Virus record (IMG/VR): IMGVR_UViG_3300042325_000241
Location: 1-51,271 of that record
Origin: a virus
Lineage: Duplodnaviria > Caudoviricetes
Length of the DNA stretch: 51,271 nt
Reading direction: 5' to 3' (one strand)
Numbering within the stretch: position 1 is the stretch's first letter; each line of letters starts with the position of its first letter. Under the pieces are notes generated by a model. It did no database searches. It saw only the letters and a list, made by a program, of their open reading frames with translations, and had not been told where the DNA came from. This document shows, piece by piece, positions 19,984 to 27,642 of the stretch. A program made the translations under genes and the position numbers.

Positions 19984-20017
19984 AGGATAACAGTAGTAAC
20001 AATATAGTCAAGACTAT
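19984..20017 (-). promoter_or_regulatory. Sigma70-like promoter for the head operon with an overlapping palindrome
   Basis: Minus strand TTGACT-16-TATCCT with TGn extension; ATAGTC-AA-GACTAT palindrome over the -35. Confidence 0.5.
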
Positions 20018-20030
20018 TTTACGATTGTGC

Positions 20031-20060
20031 TTGTTTTCAACATGTAATTACTGATACAAT
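20031..20060 (+). promoter_or_regulatory. Sigma70-like promoter of the methyltransferase
   Basis: TTGTTT-18-TACAAT with TGn extended -10. Confidence 0.45.
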
Positions 20061-20092
20061 GTATATCCTCTTTGCCTTTTATAGGGATATAC

Positions 20093-20995
20093 ATGAAGTA
20101 TTTATCAGTTTGCAGTGGGATTGAAGCAGCAACCTGCGCTTGGGAAAACCTAGGGTGGCAACCCGCTGGTTTTTCCGAGATAGAACCGTTCCCATGTGCA
20201 GTTTTAAAACACCACTACCCAACAGTAACTAACTACGGAGATATCAATGAGCACGCAAAATGGGATTTACCACCAATCGACCTTTTGGTCGGAGGCACAC
20301 CTTGCCAATCTTTCTCCATCGCAGGACTTAGAAAAGGACTCGAAGACCCTAGAGGTAACATCATGCTTACCTACCTTAGAATCCTTGAAAGTAGAAGGCC
20401 TAAGTGGACTATCTGGGAAAATGTCCCCGGTGTGTTGTCCTCTAACGGAGGAAGAGATTTTTCTACCTTTATCACATCGTTGGGGAACATGGGGTATGGG
20501 TGGGCGTACAGAGTGTTGGACGCTCAATGGTTCGGACTGGCCCAACGCCGTAAGCGTGTGTTTGTTGTCGGATGTCTTGGAGACAGAACAAGTGCATCAA
20601 AGGTATTATTTGAGTCCCAAAGCGTGCAAAGGAATCCTGCGCCGAGCAGATACACGGGGAAAACAACTACCAGAGATATTAAAGAGTGCACTACAGTATG
20701 GCGCGCTGGGGATAACACTAATTCTGAAACTTGTATCAACCATGCTGGAACTCTAAATTGCAACAAAGGGCAGCGTGGGGGAATAGTTGCTATGCAATCA
20801 ACAGCAGTGCGCCGATTAACCCCTACTGAGTGTGAACGACTACAAGGTTTCCCTGACGGTTACACAGCTATTGCATGGCGTAAGAAGCTAACTGCTGATT
20901 GTCCAGATGGGCCTAGATATAAAGCCTTAGGTAACTCAATGGCTGTTCCTGTTATGAAGTGGATTGGTGAAAGAATCAACAACCTAAAGGACTAA
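20093..20995 (+). CDS. DNA cytosine-5 methyltransferase
   Basis: Motifs I (SVCSGIEA), IV (GGTPCQSFS), VI (WENVPG), VIII (QRRKRVF), IX (RRLTPTECERLQGFP), X (YKALGNS). Confidence 0.95.
   Translation: MKYLSVCSGIEAATCAWENLGWQPAGFSEIEPFPCAVLKHHYPTVTNYGDINEHAKWDLPPIDLLVGGTPCQSFSIAGLRKGLEDPRGNIMLTYLRILESRRPKWTIWENVPGVLSSNGGRDFSTFITSLGNMGYGWAYRVLDAQWFGLAQRRKRVFVVGCLGDRTSASKVLFESQSVQRNPAPSRYTGKTTTRDIKECTTVWRAGDNTNSETCINHAGTLNCNKGQRGGIVAMQSTAVRRLTPTECERLQGFPDGYTAIAWRKKLTADCPDGPRYKALGNSMAVPVMKWIGERINNLKD
20247..20756 (+). CDS. Overlapping +1-frame ORF inside the MTase, candidate second MTase polypeptide
   Basis: 169 aa; GGAG 6 nt upstream of its ATG; LSDVLE...RYYLSPKACKGILRRA...GKQLP..L..AL. Confidence 0.55.
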   Translation: MSTQNGIYHQSTFWSEAHLANLSPSQDLEKDSKTLEVTSCLPTLESLKVEGLSGLSGKMSPVCCPLTEEEIFLPLSHRWGTWGMGGRTECWTLNGSDWPNAVSVCLLSDVLETEQVHQRYYLSPKACKGILRRADTRGKQLPEILKSALQYGALGITLILKLVSTMLEL

Positions 20996-20996
20996 C

Positions 20997-21140
20997 ATGG
21001 ACGATAAGCTAATGGAAGTCCTAGAACGCATTGAAACTGCGTTCAGGACTTCTAAACCATTTATACAACTACAAGATGCACTAGTGCTGTACAAATATAT
21101 ACTAGATCTACATGCAAATAGCAGAAAACCAAATAAGTAG
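20997..21140 (+). CDS. Small hypothetical protein (47 aa)
   Basis: Manual translation MDDKLMEVLERIETAF...; RBS AAGGA; follows the MTase stop. Confidence 0.55.
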   Translation: MDDKLMEVLERIETAFRTSKPFIQLQDALVLYKYILDLHANSRKPNK

Positions 21141-21525
21141 GCTTGCCAATTTTTCCAATTTTTATAAGATGGAAATAAGTAGATGGGTCTAATTTTAATT
21201 TTTGTAAATTCTAGGTACCCCCCTTCGGTTCCCCCCTAGTCAGTTTTCGTCACTTTTCGTCACATTTCGCCGTACTCGTATATTAATACTAGATCTATCT
21301 CTAATAGGATAGTAAATAAAATAATAGTCTACTTAGCAGGGTGCTAATAGATGTATTTACATATAAATAATTAAAGATAAAGTTAGGTGCAATATAGCTA
21401 CAAATAATAATAAATATATTACACCTAAGTTAGTCTCTAATGTGCGGGGATATCACCAAACACCTATAAACATAGGCTTTGGTGCATAATAATATATATA
21501 AAGACTAGTTATATCCGCAATTGCA

Positions 21526-23097
21526 TCACCCGAATATCTTGCGCACTGGTACAGATTGTTTTAAGTCCAGGCCAAACATGCCATTAAAATTAGTTTTACG
21601 AATTGAGTAGTCTACAAGCTCTGTCTTAATTAGCTCAGTTGGCTTCACCCATATTGGAGATATACTTTGTCCGGCTAATGTTACCAAGCACATTCCCATT
21701 GACACCGTGCGATCATCATGCAGCAGATATGTATGATCAAACCTATATGCACTCCCGCTTGTCTTAATTATGAGGGCAGCCAATTCATCTGGTAAACATT
21801 CACGCTTTTTGCCAACAACTAGAGGCGCAGGATTCTGATACCAGGCTAACAATCTATTCACTAATAATGATCGTAATAGCTCTGCCATCTCATAGTTTTT
21901 TTTACCTGATCTACCATCAAATCTTTCAACCCTAGATCTATTTTCAAACTTCTGGACGGTGCCCTCCATCTGCCATGGGTCGACAACTATTAGTGGGTTA
22001 TTGTAGTTGTTTATTACTGATTCTAACCAGTCTTCAACACTTGCTATACTTACAGGTCGATCAGGTGTACCCTGGATAATGTCCATTCTGTCAAGCACAT
22101 AAATACCGTCAGCATTGCGATGCATTACAGACATAACTGTACGGTCTTTTCGAGCACCATAATCAACACTGGCTACATACTCTATGCCATGCAGACCGGA
22201 TGTCGTGTATTGCAGGTTTAGTTCTTGCCCCAGTGTTGAACCGATTGCAATATCACTCCTAGTGAGATATCCTGATTCTTCTGAAGGATCAATCCACACA
22301 TTATCTATTACACGCCTAGCAACACCATTGGGTAGCAGTGCACGATCTCTTTGAATGGCTTCTTGATCCATCCAGCTAGTGAGTTGACCGGGTGCTTCAT
22401 ATACCGTCCATGTAGGATCTTCTTTAACTGTTTCTATGATCTCATGTTGCCAGCTTCCCAATGTACCTGCATTTGTAATCACAACAAATACTGCTCCAGG
22501 GCGTTTCTGTCTACCACTCCAAAGCGTGTCCCACAGATCGCGTTTTTTCCAATGTGTTACCTCATCGCAAACGACTAGATCACACCTAAGCCCAAAGCTT
22601 GTTGCACTGTCCGCAGTTAATATTTTTAAGATTCCACCAGGGCCTTTTATGCGCTTTGCACCATAGGTAATTCTTTTAGCTAGCCATGGATTTAGTCGAG
22701 CTTCTGCGCTCATTGATTCTACCAGCAGCGCAGCTTGATCGAAATCCGCTGCTGCTGCTACAATTTCTACAGGTTTGCGTGAGAAGGCTAGAACCCAATT
22801 ACACAATCTTGCAAGCCCAGTTGTTTTATCATGTCCCCTAGGCAGGGTTTCCCATGTGTTGCGTGGCCCATGATATTCAGGCCTTAAACCGCATAAAGCT
22901 TCTATTGGCGGTGTCATGTAGTCTAAGCGTTTCCATTGCCATGCATGTGCGATGTCTTTGAACCGTCTAGGTTCAGGGCGTGAATCTATTACCACAGAAT
23001 CTAAATAACCCTTGATTGATCGTGCACTTGCAACCTCTGCGATTGCATGTGCATTAGCCAGGCGTTGAATCATTTCTTTTCTTTTATCTACCTGCAT
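21526..23097 (-). CDS. terL: Terminase large subunit
   Basis: Walker A LPRGHDKTT, Walker B LVVCDEV, motif III ITNAG, RNase H-like SVDYG...D, VDPWQ, HDD; start is ATG 23097 or TTG 23109. Confidence 0.92.
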   Translation of the reverse strand: MQVDKRKEMIQRLANAHAIAEVASARSIKGYLDSVVIDSRPEPRRFKDIAHAWQWKRLDYMTPPIEALCGLRPEYHGPRNTWETLPRGHDKTTGLARLCNWVLAFSRKPVEIVAAAADFDQAALLVESMSAEARLNPWLAKRITYGAKRIKGPGGILKILTADSATSFGLRCDLVVCDEVTHWKKRDLWDTLWSGRQKRPGAVFVVITNAGTLGSWQHEIIETVKEDPTWTVYEAPGQLTSWMDQEAIQRDRALLPNGVARRVIDNVWIDPSEESGYLTRSDIAIGSTLGQELNLQYTTSGLHGIEYVASVDYGARKDRTVMSVMHRNADGIYVLDRMDIIQGTPDRPVSIASVEDWLESVINNYNNPLIVVDPWQMEGTVQKFENRSRVERFDGRSGKKNYEMAELLRSLLVNRLLAWYQNPAPLVVGKKRECLPDELAALIIKTSGSAYRFDHTYLLHDDRTVSMGMCLVTLAGQSISPIWVKPTELIKTELVDYSIRKTNFNGMFGLDLKQSVPVRKIFG

Positions 23098-23167
23098 TGT
23101 GTGACCCAATAAATTATGCTACATTGTTTCAGTGTTGATAACTGTAACTAGTAACGGAGTGCGAAAC

Positions 23168-23422
23168 ATGAAACGAGATGGCAAAAAGGATACATACCGG
23201 ATAAACTGTATCTTTAATGATGGTACAGACTACCAGTGCGATTGGCAACTAAATAAGCTGAAGATGTATGCTTTTATAGCTAACATCAATCATCATAGGG
23301 GTGATTTATTGAAGTGGGTTATTGAATGTGGCGATGGCACAATAGTTGATTCAGGTTCAATGGAGCGGGGCACATTGCGATTTACTAAAAAGGTTTTGAA
23401 TGATCTTTGCTACGCAGGTTAA
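23168..23422 (+). CDS. Hypothetical protein, divergent from terL
   Basis: ATG 23168 with GGAG RBS; followed by a hairpin terminator. Confidence 0.6.
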   Translation: MKRDGKKDTYRINCIFNDGTDYQCDWQLNKLKMYAFIANINHHRGDLLKWVIECGDGTIVDSGSMERGTLRFTKKVLNDLCYAG

Positions 23423-23440
23423 TTGACTAGTGGTTAATAG

Positions 23441-23480
23441 AGAAGCCCAGGCAGCTTGATGCTGCTGGGCTTTTCTTTTT
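23441..23480 (+). terminator. Rho-independent terminator
   Basis: AGCCCAGGCAGC-TTGAT-GCTGCTGGGCT followed by a T-rich tail. Confidence 0.75.
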
Positions 23481-23511
23481 AATATCTATTCTAGTCTATG
23501 GTATATAACTA

Positions 23512-23554
23512 AAGAAAGAACCCCCTTCGCTTGATGCTCAGAGGGTTCTTTCTT
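23512..23554 (-). terminator. Bidirectional-type terminator hairpin
   Basis: AAGAAAGAACCC...GGGTTCTTTCTT 12-bp outer stem between convergent genes. Confidence 0.7.
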
Positions 23555-23586
23555 ATTAACTAGTATAATTAAAGAGTTGGATGGTG

Positions 23587-23775
23587 TCAAACTAATTCTT
23601 CTGGTTTTGAGTAGGTGTAGGCTTTTGGGTACGCTCTACGGTTGAGATCGTATACCACCTTCCGCCTGTTCAGGTGGCAGGTTTTGCACCATTCTAACCG
23701 CACACCCTGAGAGTTGATTTCAACAACCCTTACATAAGTCCACGCACGATGCCCGCAGGATTTAATCTTGTCCAT
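23587..23775 (-). CDS. Small hypothetical protein, possible Zn ribbon
   Basis: CGH and CKTC; RBS AGGAG. Confidence 0.55.
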   Translation of the reverse strand: MDKIKSCGHRAWTYVRVVEINSQGVRLEWCKTCHLNRRKVVYDLNRRAYPKAYTYSKPEELV

Positions 23776-23789
23776 GTTCAGCACTCCTA

Positions 23790-24305
23790 TTAATTGTTAG
23801 AACTACACAAAATCATACTTTCAATAGCTGGGAGCAACCCTCTATCTGATAGCTGCTCTTGCTCCCTCATCCACGCATTAACCTGGCACCGTAGGTCGTG
23901 TTCATCTGGTTCAGGTTCTGTTGATGCAATAGCCTCATACAAATCAAAACCAAGTTTACCTGCTTTGGACATCCTCCAGGTGATAAACCTGCCATGGCAC
24001 ATACCATAAGGCCCACGCCTATCATTCCCACAAATATAGCTTATCTTTAGCTGTGGTGCAGGTATAATGCACCCAGCACGCAACATCCTAATCCAGTGGC
24101 TATTGGGTGCCTGTTGTTCCACCTCGATCCAATCCCGTATTGCAGATTCTAACTCACATTCATCAGGTAAGATACCTTGGTAGGCATCATCCTCCTCCAG
24201 GTAGAAATCTAACCTGCCTTCCTGAGATATCCAGTGGATGTTAACGCCCTTGCAATATCCATAAGGCCCATCAGCATCGATGCCCTTAATATAAGTAATC
24301 TTCAT
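23790..24305 (-). CDS. Hypothetical protein with an internal two-fold domain duplication
   Basis: KITYIKG.D..GPYGYCKG / KISYICG.D..GPYGMCHG; RBS AGGAG. Confidence 0.7.
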   Translation of the reverse strand: MKITYIKGIDADGPYGYCKGVNIHWISQEGRLDFYLEEDDAYQGILPDECELESAIRDWIEVEQQAPNSHWIRMLRAGCIIPAPQLKISYICGNDRRGPYGMCHGRFITWRMSKAGKLGFDLYEAIASTEPEPDEHDLRCQVNAWMREQEQLSDRGLLPAIESMILCSSNN

Positions 24306-24306
24306 G

Positions 24307-24489
24307 TTATGCACTCCTAATAGGTAATTCTTGTAAAAGTCGTTCACATTCTAAAATATCCATACCCAACTTAAAATGCTTCCTTATAGCCAGGTTATTT
24401 TGTTCAAACCTTTTCTTGTTGGCAATGTTTTTTTCCTGGCAGGTTGCAATTAGCTGCAACCTGCGCTCCCTGAATTCTGCAATAGTCAT
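24307..24489 (-). CDS. Small helical hypothetical protein
   Basis: 60 aa, RBS AGGAG, TAATG coupling. Confidence 0.6.
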   Translation of the reverse strand: MTIAEFRERRLQLIATCQEKNIANKKRFEQNNLAIRKHFKLGMDILECERLLQELPIRSA

Positions 24490-24665
24490 TACTTGACTCC
24501 TAAAATAAAGGCAGTCCGTACATTGAAAATAGCTTGCATCTTAGCTTCGTACACCAAACGCAGGTTGATGCGCTGTTGTATATAGATTTCTTCCATCCTT
24601 AGTTGCTCAGCGCAAAGCGCACTGGTGAGGGCAATACCTTCAGCTTGCATCTGTTCAATAGTCAT
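24489..24665 (-). CDS. Small helical hypothetical protein
   Basis: ATG 24665 with GGAG RBS, downstream of a strong promoter. Confidence 0.6.
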   Translation of the reverse strand: MTIEQMQAEGIALTSALCAEQLRMEEIYIQQRINLRLVYEAKMQAIFNVRTAFILGVK

Positions 24666-24705
24666 TGTCAGCACTCCATAAAAAGTTTTTAATCAACACA
24701 CTATT

Positions 24706-24733
24706 AGTATAGTCAGTGACTATACATAGTCAA
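24706..24733 (-). promoter_or_regulatory. Near-consensus sigma70 promoter with an operator-like palindrome
   Basis: TTGACT-16-TATACT; perfect 9-1-9 palindrome GTATAGTCA-G-TGACTATAC (24707-24725). Confidence 0.7.
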
Positions 24734-24900
24734 GCCTTCTTGGTAGATTTATTTATTATTTTAACTACTGCGTTTAGACTGTATCTAATCGCAGCTACTT
24801 TGGTTGTTAGTCCGTATTCTTTTTGTATCTGTTCTATTTGTGCATCATCCTGGGGGGTTAACCTGAATGTTTGCATAGGTGTAGGTTTATTTGGTTGCAT
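24730..24900 (-). CDS. Ribbon-helix-helix (CopG/Arc-like) DNA-binding protein, 56 aa
   Basis: Not in the ORF track; manual translation MQPNKPTPMQTFRLTPQDDAQIEQIQKEYGLTTKVAAIRYSLNAVVK...; RBS AAGGA. Confidence 0.65.
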   Translation of the reverse strand: MQPNKPTPMQTFRLTPQDDAQIEQIQKEYGLTTKVAAIRYSLNAVVKIINKSTKKA

Positions 24901-25174
24901 TTAACATATCCTTAAAATGAGTGAATATAAACACTGCGCCTGTCTCTACAAACGCACCAACCATGGTACCACCCCAACCCATGTTAGTTGCAAAGTTTTT
25001 TGCTGCCTGTTCGTAGTTTTCTGCGGTTCCAAGTTCATAATCCCAATGTTCAATATTAAAGGTGTGAACATCCCCAGATTTAAAAACTTTTATCCTGGTG
25101 CCCTTGCTGTCGGTGGGGGACATGAAACGACAGCTAATGCCTGTATGGTTGCTCATTGATACTTTCATTGTCAT
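24887..25174 (-). CDS. Conserved small phage early-region protein
   Basis: SPTDSKGTRIKV...WDYEL...ENY..AA...GWGG pattern; RBS AGGAG. Confidence 0.65.
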   Translation of the reverse strand: MTMKVSMSNHTGISCRFMSPTDSKGTRIKVFKSGDVHTFNIEHWDYELGTAENYEQAAKNFATNMGWGGTMVGAFVETGAVFIFTHFKDMLNATK

Positions 25175-25195
25175 AACTCCTAAAAGGTTTAAAGA

Positions 25196-25441
25196 CTAGT
25201 ACTGAAGGTAAACACCACCAACCATGTTGCCATTGAAATCCATGCACCCAAACAGGCGTTGAGGCCCTGCGGGTAGTTCTGTTTCCCTGCGCACCTGGTC
25301 AACATCAGCTAGTCCTCTGCTAAATTGGATTTCAGCAGCTAGGGTGGTAGCTGGCAGGGTTGCCAGTATCCGGGTGATTTCTTCAACCGGATCTATTTCA
25401 AATGCTGCATTGTCGATATTGATTTCAATAAGAATTTTCAT
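25196..25441 (-). CDS. Conserved small phage early-region protein
   Basis: IEINIDNAAFE...EITRIL...DFNGNMVG pattern; RBS AGGAG. Confidence 0.7.
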   Translation of the reverse strand: MKILIEINIDNAAFEIDPVEEITRILATLPATTLAAEIQFSRGLADVDQVRRETELPAGPQRLFGCMDFNGNMVGGVYLQY

Positions 25442-25442
25442 G

Positions 25443-25685
25443 TTAGCTCCTAAACATATTGGTGTTAGATAGATTCAAAGTGGGTACTAGGCCTGGTGCA
25501 TACCATGGCGTTTGGTAGGTCAGTGGCGCATCAGGATCATACGATCCGTGCAATTTTGAGTAAGCGTCCATCTGGGCATTAGCTTGCCTAATAGATAGGG
25601 TGTACACCCTGGGTGCAGGTACTGGGATTTTATCCGCAGTAGTAATGGTAAACCCGAACTTTTTAAACTGCTCGAAAAGATTCAT
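25443..25685 (-). CDS. Hypothetical early protein
   Basis: ATG 25685, RBS AAGGAG, first gene after a promoter. Confidence 0.6.
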   Translation of the reverse strand: MNLFEQFKKFGFTITTADKIPVPAPRVYTLSIRQANAQMDAYSKLHGSYDPDAPLTYQTPWYAPGLVPTLNLSNTNMFRS

Positions 25686-25727
25686 AACTTTGCTCCTTTG
25701 TAACATTGTTGCGTTCTACACAATGTA

Positions 25728-25756
25728 AAGATAGGATCGTGTATAGACATAGTCAA
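25728..25756 (-). promoter_or_regulatory. Sigma70-like promoter
   Basis: TTGACT-17-TATCTT; shares TTGACTATGT with the promoter at 24733. Confidence 0.65.
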
Positions 25757-26075
25757 TACCTTTTAAAAATAAATAACAAAATATATCTTTGCACATTGTG
25801 AAACCCTCTACACTATATGTAAGGCTACTGGAGATATGAACGCAGCAGCTTTCCATGTCTCCACCTGGGTGCAATATGGAATATCTCAAATGCGAATTTG
25901 GGCACATCTTGCACCGGGTTGATACCTAGCCTGTTTTTTTAAGATCATGCAATTTAGGCCCATCCTAGGACATGCACCAAAAAGGGTCGATTTATGGTAA
26001 TATGGGGGTTTCGAGGTGTTTTAGGGGGTCTAGGCCGCCTTCGTGGGTTTTCGCCACTTTTAGTCGGTTTTCCTA

Positions 26076-26324
26076 CTAGTTATTCGTTCGGTCCCTGCGA
26101 TTATTGCCATTAATTAGGATAATTTCCTCAAGAAAATGTGCAGCGGTTCTTAGCCTATATCGTTTCCCAGTGTCGATGTCTTTTGCGTGGTACACGGTGC
26201 GCCATGCTACGCCCTTACGGCTAGGGAACACCGCTAGTTTGATCTGGGTGACACGCAGTAACATCTTTGCACCTTTGACTCTAGAATTATAAATAGTGCC
26301 AGGGATAATTTGGGGAGCGTGCAT
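26076..26324 (-). CDS. Small basic hypothetical protein (SH3-like pattern)
   Basis: 82 aa after an AT-rich promoter-like region. Confidence 0.55.
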   Translation of the reverse strand: MHAPQIIPGTIYNSRVKGAKMLLRVTQIKLAVFPSRKGVAWRTVYHAKDIDTGKRYRLRTAAHFLEEIILINGNNRRDRTNN

Positions 26325-26433
26325 GAATAATCCATTTTAGTTACAAAGTAATAATATTTATAATATTTCAAAGTAGACTAAAGTCTAGGTTAAATCTAAA
26401 ATTGATTTCTATTTTAAAATGAATAATAATTTA

Positions 26434-26469
26434 AATAAAAATACCCGCTTTTAGGGCGGGTATTTTATT
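26434..26469 (-). terminator. Rho-independent terminator ending the replication operon
   Basis: AAAATACCCGC...GCGGGTATTTT stem with A/T tracts on both sides. Confidence 0.8.
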
Positions 26470-26490
26470 GAATATTTAATTCAAAGTTAT

Positions 26491-26715
26491 CTAAAAGTTG
26501 AATCCATTTGCCTGGAGACACGCAACCACGATGGATATCTGTGTGTGGTCTAGTGTTAGACTGTCTTCTAATGTTTTAGTGTCAGTGTTATACAGCGCGA
26601 TGGTGCAACCATCATCTGTATATTTGACATCGACGGTCTTTATGTTTTCACCTGAGGTGTGTTCGACAACAAGTGTTGTGATTTTGCCAGGCATACTAAT
26701 TACTGAACAAGGCAT
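26491..26715 (-). CDS. Hypothetical protein
   Basis: 74-aa ORF preceding the terminator. Confidence 0.5.
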   Translation of the reverse strand: MPCSVISMPGKITTLVVEHTSGENIKTVDVKYTDDGCTIALYNTDTKTLEDSLTLDHTQISIVVACLQANGFNF

Positions 26716-26759
26716 GAGCGATACTTTCTGTAAGTGTATAGAAACACCGGGCTATAAAA

Positions 26760-27257
26760 CTACCGTTCTGGGACATCAGGCTTAAGTTCTATCTGGTCAG
26801 GTGTGTAGGTTATACCCCACATTGATGCCTGTTGTGCTAGTTCTTGGTCTGACATATTCTGATAGGTGACCGTTGCTTCGGTCCGTTTTGGGGCTTCTAT
26901 TCCGAGTAATTTAACCTGCCTGTCGATAATTGCAAGCGCAGAATTTAAAGATTCTCGATTTCCTTTAACAGCCTCCTCATAGTACACCTTTAACAGTTCA
27001 TCAAATCTACTAAGAGTTAGGCTAAGTGCTTTCTCCGCTACTATGTTTCCTTCCTTCAGCATGGAGGTGAATTCGCGTTCAACATAGCTATAGGCAGCCT
27101 GTCGTGAAACCCCCATTTCTCGTCCTATTTCTGCATAAGTTAGACCTCTTTTACGCATGGAGATTGCCTGTAAGCGTCTCTCCTTTTTTACAATTTTGTG
27201 TGGCGACATCCGGTTCTTTTTCCCCGCATTGTTGTCCCCAGTAAAGTCGTCTTTCAT
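26760..27257 (-). CDS. HTH protein, putative terminase small subunit
   Basis: RKRGLTYAEIGREMGVSRQAAY HTH; IIDRQVKLLGIEAP; MSDQEL tail typical of TerS; RBS AGGAG. Confidence 0.65.
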   Translation of the reverse strand: MKDDFTGDNNAGKKNRMSPHKIVKKERRLQAISMRKRGLTYAEIGREMGVSRQAAYSYVEREFTSMLKEGNIVAEKALSLTLSRFDELLKVYYEEAVKGNRESLNSALAIIDRQVKLLGIEAPKRTEATVTYQNMSDQELAQQASMWGITYTPDQIELKPDVPER

Positions 27258-27642
27258 AGTGTTCTCCTAGTTCAACGGGCAGGTTATTATTTTCTATTTC
27301 TTGCATCGTCCACATAGCTGACATCAGGTTCCAGCACGCTGCTGCTAGATGATCTTCGTCCTTGCGTCCCATACAATATTTTGTGATGTGCCTTATCGCA
27401 CTGTTGATATACCTGGAGACAGGTTGTCCCTTCTCCCAGTTTCTATCCCCATACTTCTTCGCACCGTGTTCGGTGTGGATTGCTATCCGTTCTAGTGCAC
27501 AGAAGGGAAGTAAATCGTATCTACCCTTATTCTCCTGCGTGTCTCGTACACTCCCACTGGCGAATGTTTGGCGTGCACCTGAATCAGGTAGGCACCATGC
27601 GTTTGGGTTGTTTTTAATAACATCTAGTTCTTTAGGGGTCAT
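27151..27642 (-). CDS. DUF5664-family dATP/dGTP diphosphohydrolase-like protein
   Basis: KGRYDLLP...GAKKYGDRNWEKG...SAIRH...EDHLAAACWN. Confidence 0.8.
   Translation of the reverse strand: MTPKELDVIKNNPNAWCLPDSGARQTFASGSVRDTQENKGRYDLLPFCALERIAIHTEHGAKKYGDRNWEKGQPVSRYINSAIRHITKYCMGRKDEDHLAAACWNLMSAMWTMQEIENNNLPVELGEHYERRLYWGQQCGEKEPDVATQNCKKGETLTGNLHA

Noticed and set aside
20093-21140. Complete restriction-modification system
   Set aside because: No endonuclease gene next to either methyltransferase; both appear to be orphans
25716-25907. 63-aa minus-strand ORF
   Set aside because: No clear RBS, and it runs across a good sigma70 promoter; probably non-coding
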